64,000 bases of DNA from Octopus sinensis (lineage: Eukaryota), in assembly GCF_006345805.1 (NCBI RefSeq), contig NC_043012.1, forward strand, positions 58,342,001 to 58,406,000, read 5' to 3'. Shown in pieces: positions 38,521-54,009 of the stretch (position 1 is its first letter; each line of letters starts with the position of its first letter). A program made the translations under genes and the position numbers. Below the pieces are notes generated by a model. It saw only the letters and a program-made list of their open reading frames with translations, searched no databases and was not told the origin of the DNA.

Positions 38521-38709
38521 GCAACTTATTCTTGTATAACTACATTGAAGACCCCATTTTAAAGCGCGCTAGAAAATGGAATGAGAGTAGAGACAACCAG
38601 TGACGAATGAACATTGTTAAAAACAAGCAGGGAGAGTAATATCGGATCTAAGTATTATTTCTGTCATCCAGAAAAATACTTCATCATGCACCATATTTTC
38701 CTATTCGCG

Positions 38710-39022
38710 AAGGCGTATAGTGTAGTAGTCAGGGTATTTCACACAAAATTACAAGGGTGTGAGTTAGATTCCCAGAAGCGTGTTGTGTCCTTAAGTGAGA
38801 AACTTTATTTCACGTTGCTTCACTCCACTCAGTTAGCAAAAATGTGTTGTACCTATATTTCAAAGGGCCAGCTTTGTCAGATTTTGTGTTACGCTGAATC
38901 TTCCCGAGAACTACGCTATGGGTATGCTCTGTCCTCAGCCACTTTCACGCTAATTTCGCATGCAGGTTGTTCAGTTGATTGGATCGCATGGTGGTACACC
39001 GGGTGTCGTAACCGACAGAGCG
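38710..39022 (+). mobile_element. SINE-C, diverged
   Basis: Matches the reverse complement of 16981-17305. Confidence 0.75.
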
Positions 39023-39481
39023 CCAGTTTTCATTTCGCTACTCATAGATTTAAACACTCCAACACACACACGCACACATTCTTATTTGACAAATTTCAAA
39101 GAAGTTCCTGATGCATGGATGACAGCAGCTGTCGATCTGATTTCACTAACAGTTTTTACTGTAAATCTGTTCATTTCATTTCCAACCCGGCTGAAGGGTC
39201 GATCGAGCAAAGACCACTATATGAGCCGTAATCCCTGTGTCCCTCACATATATTTCATTGTATTTGAAAGTTTGCATGCGCGTGTATACGTTTGTGTGAG
39301 TATGTATATGCTACAACTAATATAAATATTGCCACGGAAGTTGGAGTTTATTTCTAGTTTCGTTCATTAATCAGTTTTGTATATTAATTCCGTCTCCATT
39401 ACCGACATCTATTTTGTCAGCTGCTCGACAACGAAACTAGTTAACTTGACCGAACTAAACTGCAGAATACCACAATCACTT

Positions 39482-39500
39482 ACATACATACATACGTACA

Positions 39501-39536
<36 letters not shown>

Positions 39537-39639
39537 TAGACATACATACATACATGCATACATCATACATACATGCATACATACATATATATATATATAT
39601 ATACATACATACATACAACATATATAATACATACATACA

Positions 39640-39675
<36 letters not shown>

Positions 39676-39888
39676 GACATACATACATACATGCATACAT
39701 ACATATATATATATATATATAGACATACATACATGCATACATACATACATACATACATGCATACATGCATACATACATACATGCATACATATATTTAGAC
39801 ATACATACATACATACATACATGCATACATACATAATACATGCATACATACATACATACATACATATATATATATAGACATACATACA

Positions 39889-39922
<34 letters not shown>

Positions 39923-39953
39923 CATACTTACATACATACACACATACATACTT

Positions 39954-39990
<37 letters not shown>
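39482..39990. repeat. (ACAT)n/(TA)n/(CA)n compound microsatellite
   Basis: Direct reading. Confidence 0.95.
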
Positions 39991-39993
<3 letters not shown>

Positions 39994-40397
39994 GCTAACA
40001 ATATGTACACAGGCGCGTCGGTTCTTAAAGCTGATCACACAATGGAATATATATATGGTGTAGGCACATCAATGAATGCTACTCTTCTATCATGGCATCT
40101 AATGCATCTATCTAACAATGAACGATGAATGAGAAAATTAAACACATCTGCCGGAATATTTTATTAAATGACATTTGACTAACTGTGATAAAGAAAAGCC
40201 GCTATCTTTGTAATATGAAACGATGCCAACTAGATGACTTCCTACCTTCATGTTGGCTCTCTTCTCTTGCAGACGTTGTTGAGTAAACACAGAATGGAAA
40301 GCATCCTAATCCATCAAAAATTTATTATCGACCATATGAATGCTCCTTTTGACATTTAGCTTTTAGCTCATTCAACGATACTTCTGTCACAAATGAA

Positions 40398-40436
40398 CAG
40401 CAGTGGCAGCAGCAGTGGAAGTAGTGGTAGTGGTAA

Positions 40437-40468
<32 letters not shown>

Positions 40469-40481
40469 GTAGTAGTAGTAT

Positions 40482-40555
<74 letters not shown>

Positions 40556-40649
40556 ACGGATAGCAGTAGCAGCAGCAGCTGTAGTAGTAGCAGCAGTAGC
40601 AGCAGTAGTAGTAGTAGTAGTGACAGATCGCAGCAGTACCAGGAGTAGT

Positions 40650-40726
<77 letters not shown>

Positions 40727-40818
40727 TAGTTGTTGCTGTAGTAGTAGTAGTAGTAGTAGTTGTTGCTGTAGTAGTAGTAGTAGTAGTAGTGACGGATCGC
40801 AGCTGTGCTAGGAGTAGT

Positions 40819-40850
<32 letters not shown>

Positions 40851-40858
40851 TTGTAGTT

Positions 40859-40929
<71 letters not shown>

Positions 40930-40962
40930 GGTGGTGATGGTGGTGGTAGTGGTGGTGGTAGT
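40398..40962. repeat. (AGT/AGC/GGT)n array with higher-order interruptions
   Basis: GTGAC(G/A)GAT(A/C)GCAG recurs at about 40553, 40620 and 40789. Confidence 0.92.
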
Positions 40963-41130
40963 TGGAGTGGGCTTGTGGGAGTGGGCTTGTGTGAGGCACT
41001 GTCAGATTATGGAGCTGGAGGTTGGAAGCGGCAGTGTGCCTGGTGGATTGTGACAGATGTCACCGAGTGCGAATGGAATTATCGAAAGCATGATTTTTAA
41101 GACAAAAATATCGGTCTTGATGAAAGATAC

Positions 41131-41175
<45 letters not shown>

Positions 41176-41254
41176 ATTAATAAATTTAAATAAATTTCAA
41201 TATCGAGAGAATAGGTTAATGAGAGCGAATTTCAATGTGAATTTATTATTATCG

Positions 41255-41497
41255 GACTGACTCTCTGGCCACTACAACACAAGCTGGAAGCGCTCAGAGG
41301 TATGCCGCATCACCTAGGAAGTGAGAGATGTGTGTCGGCATATGCCGACGACGTCAACGTAAGTGGTGTCGGATCATAAACACACAAAAATGGTAGGCAC
41401 CGCTCTCAGGAACGACGAGGCGGTTTCGGTAGCGACAATTAGACAAGAAATATAAGTGGGATTATGACGCGGCACATGGAGAAGCAAGTCCATGTCA
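41255..41497 (+). pseudogene. Non-LTR retrotransposon RT fragment (Tx1/L1-like)
   Basis: Translates to ...KLEALRGMPHHLGSERCVSAYADDVNV...EAVSVATI...GTWRSK, including YADD, stops and a frameshift. Confidence 0.7.
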
Positions 41498-41851
41498 GTA
41501 TACCCACCATGACTACCCGTCTGAAAAGGGTTCACCAAACATATACATCACAACCATATATATGTACGATATATGATTATCTCATATCAAGATAAACTGC
41601 ACTTGACCTTAACTGTTAGGCCCAGTAAGAACATACTTCACGTCGAGTACCCCTATCCCGCTTAAAAGGTCCCTCAATAAGGCTTGTTTAAGGATGTTGA
41701 ATGAAACACCCATGCGTATAGTTATTATTATCATTATTATTATTTCTTTTCCTGGGTTGTCCGCGTTACGGCTCAGCTCCTTATCGCAGCTTTGAAACTC
41801 AACACTTTCTTCGACATTCGTGCTGTTCCGAGTATTGCCGTCAAATATGTA

Positions 41852-42806
41852 CAGGGTGACTGAAAAGTAACTCCTTATTTAAACATACTCTTTTTTTTTG
41901 TTGTTTCAGTCATTTGTCTGCGGCCATGCTGGAGCACCACCTTTAGTCGAGCAAATCGACTCCAGGTCTTATTCTTTGAAAGCCTAGTACTTATTCTATC
42001 GGTCACTTTTGCCGAACCGCTAAGTTACGGGGGTGTAAACACACCACCATCGGTTGTCAAGCGATACTGAGGGGACAAACACTGACATGCAAGCATATAC
42101 ATACATACACACACACACACAAGCACACACACACACTATATATATATATATATATATATAACGGGCTTCTTTCAGTTTCCGTCTACCAAATCCACTCACA
42201 AGTGTTTGGTCGGCCCGAGGCTATAGTAGAAGACACTTGCCCAAGGTGCCACGGAGTGGGACTGAACCCGGAACGATGTGGTTGGTAAGCAAGCTACTTA
42301 CCACACAGCCACTCCTGCGTCTCATTAATTCTTTTTTTTTTCTCAATTTTTTTTTTATTTTTGAAGTATGAGAATTTAATCTTTAATCGTATTGCTCTTG
42401 TCTTTCGTTAATGGCTGAATACCCACATACCCGGGAGATGGTTGAGTCGTCGTGGTCCTCGTGAGTGGCCAGCCAGGAGTTCCGACTTAACACCCTTCAA
42501 CTTCTTTCTTTGGGGTTGGTTAAAGGAACAAGTCTACTGTATCTAACCATAGACTTTGGAAGAAATTTAAGGGCGAATACCAAAAGTTATATTTTCCATC
42601 TCACACGAGTTCTTGTGAAATCAGTTGACGGGAATCCTAGACAACTGAAGAGGATGGTGCGACATCTGGTGCCCATATCGAATTTTAAATAAAACCTCAT
42701 AATAAAAGCTATTCTCTCATAGCCATTTTTCTTTATTTGTAAAAATTACAATTGATAAATAATTTATAAGTATTTTAAAATAGAGAGTTAATTTTCTATC
42801 ACCCTG
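41852..42806 (+). mobile_element. Mariner-like deletion derivative with TIRs and TA target duplication
   Basis: ta-CAGGGTGACTGAAAAGTAACTCC ... GAGAGTTAATTTTCTATCACCCTG-ta. Internal WPARSSDLTPFNFFLWGWLKEQVY. Confidence 0.85.
41890..42321 (-). mobile_element. SINE-A inserted in the mariner element
   Basis: Near-consensus full copy. Confidence 0.9.
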
Positions 42807-43129
42807 TACGTCCATTTGCAGCTTTACATGCTAGGATATCGCTTTTCTTTGAGATTGTCTCGAGAGCACAGATCACGATAGGAATCCCTCATTTTCGAGG
42901 TTCTATGGATGCGTTTCTGTGCCAATGTCAGGTTTTAGTACTTCTCGAGTTTCTCCTTGTCTGTGTTCACAATATTCTGGTCGGCAGGTATAGCTACGTC
43001 GATGACAGTCGATGCTTTGGGCCGTCAGGAGAATGATATCTGATCGGCTATAATGCAGATCTTTATCAGCGCAGATTGTCATATCCCGCATGACTTTCAA
43101 CCGATCATTCTCTGCTACTGGCAAAGGCT

Positions 43130-43440
<311 letters not shown>

Positions 43441-43457
43441 AAAATAATGATAATAAT

Positions 43458-43509
<52 letters not shown>

Positions 43510-43511
<2 letters not shown>

Positions 43512-44663
43512 GAAAAATAAGGAAACTGTTGACAATGCATAGAATGCACCACCCTAAGGCAGATACAGAACGACTCTATCTGCCAAGAAAAGAGGGAGGC
43601 CGTTGTCTTTTACAACTGGCAATAACAATGAAGATTGCTACAATTGGCCTAGACACCTACCTAAAAAACTCTGAGGACTGGATGTTAAAACTTGTCTCAA
43701 AACATGAAAACAAGAAAGCATCATACTCAGTCACAAAACAGGCAAAGGAATATCTAAGTGAATTCCGAATATAACCAATTTCGGAATTAGAGATAGACAT
43801 ACAAGAAACAAGCACAGAAAAACCTAAGCGCATGAAAACCCGTGCCAAAACTGCGGCCTTAGATATTCTGAATAATAAATGGCAAGAAAAACCTCTCTAT
43901 GGCAAATACCCAAAGAGAGCGAATAATGCAGATATCGACAAAGCCCTGACCCATCAATGGCTAATGGCCTCTGGCTTAAAATCTGAAACAGAGGGTTTAT
44001 CATAGCAGCTCAAGATCAATGCCTACCAACAAGAAACTACCAGGCCAACATATTAAAGAACGGCAGTAGCCCAACATGTCGTGTATGCCGACAACAAAAT
44101 GAAACAATTGATCATGTTGTCTCCAAATGCAGTCTTCTAGCGCCTACAGAGAACCTCAACAGGCATGATAGAACTGCACAATATATTCACTGGGTAATTT
44201 GCAAAAACCTGGATTTGCCCCATGAAAAAAACTGGTGGGAACACAATCCACCTCCAGTGCTTGAAAATGACCACATCTCACTCCTCTGGAACTTCACCAT
44301 TCAAACTGACAGGAAGATAGATGCAAATAGGCCAGACATCATATTGAAAGACTTCAGACAAAGAACATGCCTCCTCATTGATATGACTGTCCCAATCGAT
44401 ATAAACGTATCTGTCAAGACCTACCAAAAGCTGAGCAAATATAAAGATCTTGAAATAGAAATCAGCAAAATGTGGAAGCTGAAGACTAAAACAATACCTG
44501 TTGTCATAGGTGCCCTGGGAATGATAGCGAAAGGGACTGATTTGCTACCTAACTCAGATACCAGGAAACCCCAAAATGGCAGAAATTCAAAAGATAGTGC
44601 TCATGGGAACTGCTCATATCCTACGCAAAATACTCTCTATGTAATCCCAAGGTTTAAAACAAA

Positions 44664-44697
<34 letters not shown>

Positions 44698-44887
44698 ATT
44701 TTATTTTATTTTTTTTATTTTTTATTTTTTATTTTATTTTTATGTATTAGACATTCACTAGCACAACACCAAAAAAAAAAAAAAAAAAAATATATGGCAC
44801 AGAACTTCCAACCTGTTGTCTTTTGAGGTCTCTGGGTGAGACTTGGAGCCAACTTGTACAGACATAAAGCAAAAGTCAAACATAGAA
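43510..44887 (+). mobile_element. 5'-truncated R4/Dong-like non-LTR retrotransposon (zinc knuckle and restriction-like endonuclease), pseudogenised
   Basis: HPKADTERLYLPRKEGGR, CRVC..ETIDHVVSKC (CCHC), RHD, RPDII..LIDMTVP..K..KYKDL. One stop and frameshifts. (TAA)n on both sides. Confidence 0.9.
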
Positions 44888-44892
44888 TAATA

Positions 44893-44949
<57 letters not shown>

Positions 44950-44983
44950 TGATAATGATGATGATGATAATAATAATAATAAG

Positions 44984-45905
44984 TAGTGGGGGAGCATCAT
45001 AGCCATGTGTTGAGAGGGATTCTTTGGGGTTTGAATAATTCACCTCTGGAAAGATGGGTGTTTCGTTCAACATCCTTAAACAACCCTTATTCAGGGACCT
45101 TTTGAGCGGGATGGGTTACTCGACCAGAAGAAAATTCTAACAGAGCTCCACCTGCAAGGTCATGTGCTGTTTATTTTGAAATGAGATCACCATGTCGCAC
45201 ATATATGGTTGTGATGCATGTGCTTAGTGTACTCTTATCAGACGGGTAGTCATGATGGGTATACTGGGCTTCGTATATTTTACCCCTGTGTCACTTTGAT
45301 GGCATGCACTGCTCTCTCACTCAATAGTAATAATAATGATGATGATGATGATGATGATGATAATAATAATAATTTTTATTATTATTATTATTGTTGTTGT
45401 TGTTGTTTTGTTGTTGAGTGAGATAGCCGCTCACGCCATCAAAGTAACGTTGGGTCGCAAATATACGAAGCCCAATATACCCATCAAGATTACCCGTCTG
45501 ATAAGGGTACACCAGACACATGCATCACCGGTGTGTTTGCGTGACATGGCAACTAATATCAAAACAAACAGCACATGACGTTGCAAGTGGGGCCCAGTTA
45601 GAGTTTACTTCGTTGAACAAAAATCCTTGAATCGGGGTTATTTAAGGAGGATAAAAAAACCTCTATGTTTCCAAGGGTGAATTATCCAGATTTCAAAGAA
45701 TTCCTCTCAACGCATGATTATGATGATCCCTATATCTCCTGCTCATGATCAGAGATTTACATATCGTCAGCCACTTATAGACGTGCTCAAATGTGTGAGG
45801 TCAAGCAAACGACAAGCAAAATTGTGGTTTTGAGCAGAATATTTGCCGTAGCCCATCATTTACAGCAAGACAAACTACGTATATGTTTGCACTTCCAATC
45901 ACTTA
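44984..45905. mobile_element. Two tail-to-tail copies of a non-coding (AAT)n-tailed retroposon (44984-45323 +, 45415-45905 -)
   Basis: Mutual inverted similarity, both ending in ...CTCACTCAA next to (AAT/AAC)n. Third fragment at 41500-41715. Confidence 0.7.
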
Positions 45906-46023
45906 AGACCAGAAGCTATAAGAGCCACTGCCTGGCGTTGCAATATTATTATTGCTATTATTAGTATTATTATATACATTATTTACATTTGACGGATATT
46001 TGTCTTCATCTTGTTTGTTGTTA

Positions 46024-46067
46024 ACACAACGTTTCGGCTGATATACCCTCCAGCCTTCACCAGGTGT
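46024..46067 (-). ncRNA. Minimal hammerhead, A6G-mutated core (element 45970-46117)
   Basis: ACAC-CTGGTGA-a-GGCTG..CAGCC-GAAA-CG-TT-GTGT. Confidence 0.7.
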
Positions 46068-46114
46068 CTTGGGGGAATTTCGAACCTGGTTTCTCATTCC
46101 TAAGGTATTTTTCG

Positions 46115-46203
<89 letters not shown>

Positions 46204-46209
46204 GTTGTT

Positions 46210-46412
46210 GTTAGTTAGTTAGTTAGTTAATTTGGCTCAAAAGCAAATAGCAAGGCCATGTAGGGGGACATGGAGTTAAGTACAGGGTGGTGTTCATGTA
46301 AAGAGTTCAGGCCACTTGAGGTCAAGGGAGGCTTTGAACAAAGCGGTCGTCGGCATCTTCACCATCTCGTCTGGCAGCTTGTGCCACGGATCCGCAACCC
46401 GGACGGAGAAAG
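46210..46412 (-). mobile_element. CR1-like LINE 3' end with (TAAC)n tail
   Basis: FSVRVADPWHKLPDEMVKMPTTALFKASLDLKW. Confidence 0.8.
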
Positions 46413-46443
46413 TTGTTGTTATCATAAAGGCGGTGAGCTGATG

Positions 46444-46789
46444 CAATTGTTCTCAAACGAGGTTCAAATGGTCCCTAGGGGTTCATGTAAAAATTTTGGT
46501 GGACTCCATGTAAGAAAATAGTAAACAGGGGATCCACAATTTTATTATTTTAAAAGTCTCTGAAAAAATTTTGCTTTAATTGTATGTAATGGTATGTACT
46601 GGAAGAAATAGGTTTAATTTCTCTGACGTTTTACAAAGTTCAAACTAGACAAGTGAATGTGCGGGGAGGATGCATTTCAAAAGAAGTTTCTGAAAATTTC
46701 GTTTTTAAACGTCGAATGGCTAACGGGGTCCACCTGAATACAATAGTAATCAAAGGGATCGATAGGTAAAAAAATTGTTCAGAACTCCT
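46444..46789. mobile_element. hAT-type MITE
   Basis: Degenerate TIRs CAATTGTTCTCAAAC / GTTCAGAACTCCTG and subterminal GGGGTCCA motifs. Confidence 0.55.
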
Positions 46790-47080
46790 GAGATAGACAA
46801 AAGAGCCACGTCCGCCACCGTGATTGATTTGGAACAGTACAGAACAGGCAGCGTAAAGATTGGTTAACTATCTACTATTTTAAGCTATCAGACAATACCA
46901 TACCCCGTCTTCCGCATCGTAATTTGCTTGGATTATTACCAAGCATGACAGTTCTGTCGATTCTAGCAAATTCTTTGACAAACGCTCGCCACTGTAATCT
47001 GTTTTGGACAGCTCTCAAGAGATGGCGTACAGATTTTTTTCTTTCTTTTTTTTTTCTTTTTGTCCATCCACTGTTTTAAG

Positions 47081-47168
47081 CTTTCGTTCAGTTGCCGTAG
47101 TAGTCTCCTGCGCAAATTCTCACTCGGGTCAGATCGAAATGTGACGGCTTCCTCGAAACCGTCAAATG
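47081..47168 (+). CDS. Candidate coding exon
   Basis: Long polypyrimidine tract, ttttaag|...AATG|gttagc. Only frame 0 is open: LSFSCRSSLLRKFSLGSDRNVTASSKPSN. Confidence 0.33.
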
Positions 47169-47453
47169 GTTAGCGACAAAAAATTCAGTCATAGATATTC
47201 CAAACACACATTCATTATGTGACTTCACAATAAGAATAAGATTATACCATCACTCGATTGGGACTAAACAACACCAACAATAAATACAATATATATTTCA
47301 GAAAAATAAGCTGTATAAGCTTTGATAACGGTTGAATGACATGGCCGACTGGACGATATAGTATTCGGCTACATCCAGCACTAACTCAGTACAATTCTGT
47401 TCTTGGGTTTCTGAACAGATGACTTAAAACTGTCGAGCGGTGTAGAATACGCT

Positions 47454-47695
47454 CTTCTTCTTCTTCTTCTTCTTCTTCTTCTTCTTCTTCTTCTTCTTCT
47501 TCTCCTCCTCCTCCTTCTCCTCCTCCTCCTCCTCCTCCTCCTCCTCCTTCTTCTCCTCCTCCTCCTCCTCCTCCTTCTTCTTATCCCCCTCCTCCTCCTT
47601 CTCCTCCTCCTCCTCCTCCTCCTCCTCCTTCTTCTTCACCTCCTCCTCCTCCTCCTCCTCCTCCTCCTTCTTCTTCTTCTTCTTCCTTTTCTTCT
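47454..47695. repeat. (CTT/CCT)n polypyrimidine array
   Basis: Direct reading. Confidence 0.95.
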
Positions 47696-48494
47696 TGAAG
47701 CATCTTTAACGCATCGAACAAAATGCTCAAGTGGAATTCTTCCAGCTGTTTATATTTATGTTTAAAATACAGCCAAAGTCGATGTAATCGACTGGCACAT
47801 TCCACCAAAATTACTGCCTTTACTTCCTATAGTTGAAAAACTATTGTTATTATTATTATTATTATTGTTATTATTATTGGAAAAAATGTTTAGAGGAATT
47901 TCGTCCGTCTATGCATTTGAGTTCCAATGTCAGCGAGGGTGATTCTGCATTTCATCCTTTCGAGGTCGATAAAGTGAGTGTCAGTCGAGCTCTGGAGTCT
48001 CAACACCGCTTGATAACCGGTGTTGGTGTTCTTACGTCACTGGAACTTACCAGTTCAGCTAAAGGCCCTGATAGAATAAGAAGTAGGCTTTAAAAAAATC
48101 CTGGAGTCGAATTGTTTGACCAAAAACCTTCAAGGTGCTGCCCCAGTATGGCAGTAGTCAAGTGACTGGAACAGTAAACGACAAGAAAGAACGAGCAATC
48201 TGATGAAGTGAGTGATTAATCTTTTATTTAATTAATGTTTTTTTTAAAGTTTACGCTTCATAAACCTGAATCTTATGATTTGTAAAACGGATTACTAGTT
48301 TACCTTTTATCCCAAAACATGATGGTTCATTTCAGCGGGTGGATGATGGTGTGTGTGTGTATTTGTGTGCGTGAGACACACACACACACACACACACATA
48401 CCCCCCCCCACACACATATAGTCGATTGATTTGAATTTAGTACATCATTTGGTTTTGTGTTTGAATGGAAGTAAAAGCGAACATTGAACTGTCA

Positions 48495-48913
48495 TAGGCG
48501 TAGAAGTGGGTGTGTGGTAAGTAGCTCGTTTACCAGCCACATGGTTCTGGGTTCAATCCCACTGCGTAGCACCTTGGGCAAGTGTCTTTTACTATAGCCT
48601 CGGGCCGACCAAAGCCTTGTGAGTAGATTTGGTTGACGGAAACTGAAAAAAGCTCGTCGTATATATATGTATATATATATATATGTATGTATGTATCTAT
48701 GTGTGTGTGTGTGTGTGTGCGTATATTTTTGTGTGTCTGTTTGTCCCCTCAACATCTCTTAACAACCGATGCTTGTGTGTTTACGTCCCTGTAACTTAGC
48801 GGTTCAGCAAAGAGACCGATAGAATAAGTCCTGGGGGTAGATTTGCTAGACTAAAGGCGGTGCTCCAGCATGGCCGCAGTCAAAAGACTGAAACAAATAA
48901 AAGTGTAAAAGAG
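48495..48913 (+). mobile_element. SINE-A, full length
   Basis: Head, microsatellite and tail present. Confidence 0.9.
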
Positions 48914-49723
48914 TCAGTTGTACAATATTCCTGATGCAAACTTTAACGTTATTTCTCGGGTATTGTAAATATTTCTGCTGTTGTTGTTGTTGTTGTTATT
49001 CTTGTTGCTTTCGTTTAATTGACTTTAACCGACGTAATGAAAGTTGATGTTCCAATGTGTGTTATATTGTCAATGCCCCAAAATTTACCATTCCATAGCA
49101 GACCGTTAAATCTAATCTACACTGCTAAGTGAATAAATTAATGTCAAATCGATTTTATTTATACGCGTTTGGATATCCAATATATGACTTCAGTAGAACA
49201 TAACATAATCAATAATTATCAATATTTTACTAAAGATATTCTGAAATATTTTTCCATTGCAAAAATTAAACAACAACAACAACGACGACGACATCGACAA
49301 TAAAAAAAAAAGAATGGTAAAAATATTTGCAAACCATTTTATTTATTTCTTATTTTCTACATCCTATTTCAATTTCGACTTTTTTTCCCTTTTTTGCCAA
49401 GGAACATTTCATCAACACCTTATTCCTTTAACAAACAGGCAATTAAGTTTATCAATTGAAACTTGTATTGTTTCGAATCCTTTATTTGGCGAATAATATA
49501 ATTAATGAATGAAACACAGAAGGGGAATGCTGTTGAGAATCTTTTCACTACTGAAGCTATATATATATAGATTTCTAAGGAATGAATTCACTATTCTTTC
49601 CGTGGTAATTTATCGATCTGATAGACGTAATTTCTGGGGAAAAAAATGGTTTTCTTTTATTTAATTTATATGTGCATGCATGCATGCGTATATATTTAAT
49701 ATATAATATATATATATATATAT

Positions 49724-49757
<34 letters not shown>

Positions 49758-49805
49758 ACATGTATGTGTATATATACCTATATATAGTCTGTGTGTATAC
49801 ATACA

Positions 49806-49849
<44 letters not shown>

Positions 49850-50321
49850 GTGTGTATATGTATGAATATATATATATAATATATATACATATATGTATAT
49901 ATGTCTGTGTGTATACATATATATATTATACACACACAATATATATATATATGTATATGTATATATGTATTTATATATTTATGTATATATAAATATGTGC
50001 ATGTATATATACATGTATATATAATACATGTATATATATATACATACTTATATATATTAATGCATGTATATATGTATATGTATATTCATACAAACATACA
50101 TACACACACATATATATACATATAAAATACATGCATATATATATCCTTATGTATGCATACACACACATACATATATGCGTGTGTATGTGTGTATATGTAT
50201 ATATAAATACATATATGTACATGCATTTTATATGTATATACATGTATGTATATGTATATATATATATATTATATATATGTTTATTGTATATAAATATATG
50301 TATATATATATTATATATATA

Positions 50322-50354
<33 letters not shown>

Positions 50355-50775
50355 CATTTGCATACACAAATACACGAACGAGCACCCATAGAAACACATA
50401 CAAATAGTCCCCTGGACCACAGAAATGCCATTTTGTTGCCCATTGGCCATTTTATGTGACTGTATGTGTGTGAGTATGCTTGTGCTGCGCGTGTGCATAC
50501 GCCCATATATATATTGGCGTATGCATGTCAGTATATACCTATATGTATATTGAGAACAATGTAGTCAGAATGTTGGATGATTATATACATTTTTATTTAC
50601 ATTTTAAGCACTTCAGTTATCGGATTTATTAAAAAAGTATATAAGTATATATATATATACATATATACATATATGTACTTATATATTTGTATGTATATGT
50701 ATATTGTATATATATATGTTTGTATATACATATATATTTTCATACATGTATATATATATATATGTATATAATTAC

Positions 50776-50853
<78 letters not shown>

Positions 50854-52306
50854 GTACAACACGCAATCAGCTGAGGAAGAGGAATGTTCCTGTGGTGTAT
50901 GTCTTGATCTCTGTTTTTTCGTTGTTAAAATAAGTCCGTTTCCATGTTTTGTTTTTATGTTTTCGTTTCTCGTTGTGCTCTACGTTTTTTGTTGTGGTGT
51001 CTTGTACCCATATATGCATGTTTATATATACATATAGATGTAGGTATGTACATATATGTATGTATGTATGCATATGTTTTTTTTTATTAAATTGTTATTA
51101 TATATATATATATATATATATATACGACGTGCTTCTTTCAATTTCTAGCTATCATATCTCACACTGACAAGGCTTTCGTCGGCCCGAGGCTAGAGTAGAA
51201 GACACGCAGCCATGGTACCACACAGTGGGACTGAACCTAGAGTCATGTGGTTGCGAAGCAAACTTCTCACCACGCCGCCGCATAAATATGCGTGTATGTC
51301 TGTGTTTGTGAGTGTTTGAGTGTGCATGCTTCTGTATATGTGTGTATGTGTATGTGCGTGTATGTGTGCATGTATGTATAATGTTCACAGACACACACAT
51401 GCACACATGCACACGTTCACAATTTGATTCGAAACTCCCTTTACCATTAATATAAGCCATTAAACAAAGGAAGTCTGTCGAGGTCAGATGAGCTTCTTAG
51501 TGTATATCCCGTCTCTCCCTCCCTTCTCCTTCTCCCCTCACTCTCTCTCCATTTCTCTTTTTTCTTCTCTCTCTCTCTCCCTCTATCACTCTTCCTAGCG
51601 TCCTTTATTCCTCCCATCTCTTCATCACCACTGTCATGTACTTCCTTAGTGCACTTATTAACACGACTCACCCTACCCTAGTCCTCGTGTTGATTGACAA
51701 ATCAGCGAGATTCCAGGAGGGCTGGGTTTACTACACAGTCAGCAGCCCAGTCTATTCACAGTATTTGAACGTAATATGCTCGGATAATTATATAGTATTA
51801 ACATTATAGTGTATCATTTTTGTTACTATGAATTCAATGAACATATTTCCGCATCATTTGATGACAACATGTGCCTAAAATGTGTAAAAATATTATATCG
51901 AAAATATCTGCAACAGAATCAGAAAAAACAATATTTGGAATATGTTCATAGGAATTGGCTTGGCTATGTGGAAAGACGATTGCTTCCCAACCACATGGTT
52001 CCGGGGTCAGTCCCATTCTGTTGCACCTTCTGCAAGAGATTTTTTACTATAGCCTCGAGCCGACCAAAGCCTTGTCAGTGGATTCTGTAGGCGGAAACTG
52101 AAAGAAGCTCGTCTTATAAATGTATGCCTGTGCCGCACGCGTCTACGTTTGCACTCATCACAGCTAGACAAACGGTGTCGGTTCTTTTACGTACCCGTAA
52201 CTTAGCGGTTCGGCAAAGTAGGTCGATAAATTAAGTAGCAGGCATTAAAAACCAAGTAGTGGGGTCAATTAATTCGACTAATGACTGAAAAAGTAAAAGA
52301 TATATA

Positions 52307-52382
<76 letters not shown>

Positions 52383-53931
52383 CACTCTGTGTAAGTACAT
52401 AAATAGTACTCGAATATTTTTGCTGTCTCCGTTTGTTCGTTTTTGTCTTTGCTGCCGTACACATTCGTTAGCTTTGTTACAACGGGGTCTAATACTCTTA
52501 GCTTATACTTCTTTGGGGGCAACCAGATCGAACCATTTCAAGTGTAAATGCCCGAAATGGTCGTGACTTTTGGAACTTGACTGAGGAAAGAAAGCCACGA
52601 ATGACCCGACATTTTTGCCTGTCCTTCTAATTGATGTTTCACTTGTCTGCCTTTGTATCGTTTATCTGTCCGAATATTTCAATGTCCTCTATTGCGTTTT
52701 TGTTCCATGTTCATAAATATATGTTTGTATGTCTGTGTTTATACCCCTACCATTGCTTGACAACAGATGCTGGTGTGTTTATGTCCCCGTCACGTAGCGG
52801 TCCGGCAAAACTGACCGATAGAATACGTACTAGGCTTATATAGAATAAGTTCTTGTGTCGATTTGTTCGACTAAAGGGCTTGCTCCAGTATGGCCACAGT
52901 CAAATGATTGAAAAACATAAAAGAATAAATATATACATCGACAATTTTATATGTCAACAATGAAAAATTATTACGAATTTGCATAGCATTACTATTAATT
53001 CTTTTAATATTTATACATCTTTATATACATATGTATATATATATGACGGGCTTCTAACGTTTCCCGTCTACCAAATTCCCTGAAAAGGCATTGGTAGACC
53101 CTAGATTATCGTAGAAGACATTTGCCAAAAGCGTCCTGTCGCACAATGGAACTCAACCCAAAATCACACGGTTTCAAAGAAAAAAGCGGACTCAACAATG
53201 ACTGCGGCTAATTAACCAACAAAAATATAAACTATGCTAATTAGAAGCAACGGCGTACTTTATTTAGTTTAAAAAAAAACAAATTCCGTAAAAGGTAGAT
53301 AAGCATTTCTTTGAACACGCGCACTCACATCAAAATTCTGATAGGTCTTGATGAGAATTCCATAGATTTCGACCAAAATCCGTTTCTCCATATCCTCTAT
53401 ATCCATTCCTCCAGTCACGGTTATTTGAACCTAGACTAAAAATTATATTGTATGTGGGTGCTAATATATGTAAAATTAAATCTCTCATCCTCTGTATGAA
53501 ATGCAACATGCGTCTCTACTGAAACCTTCTTACAAAGTTGTTTTTACTGGTCAAGCTGTATTTGTATTTACGTTGGGAAATACCAAATAAGGAGGAATAT
53601 AATTCTTTAAATTCATATTTACTTTTTACTTAACCGACAATTCTATTTTCGACTTAAGGTTTTTAGTACATTGGTGGGTAGTACTAGTACTTGGGAGTAA
53701 TTTCTGCTTTATAAAGTTTTTAAATTTAGTATATTTTGTAAAGAATAGGTCAAATATTCATAGACAGAAATAGGTGCTGTAGGTCGTAATTAATTATCTA
53801 GCCAAATACTATACGGCTAAAGAAGTCTAGAAAGGGAGTTAAGTATGTTTGCATGTATGTATGTATATGTATGTATGTATATATATATATATGTATTTAT
53901 ATATATGTATATATATTATATGTATATATAT

Positions 53932-53973
<42 letters not shown>

Positions 53974-53978
53974 GTATA

Positions 53979-54009
<31 letters not shown>

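Noticed and set aside
40244-40360. Possible exon on either strand (plus-strand acceptor at 40272, minus-strand DAFHSVFTQQRLQEKRANMK)
   Set aside because: The two readings conflict, each has one weak splice site, and no homology was recognised. The same applies to candidates near 6480, 35600, 51705, 56575 and 62058.
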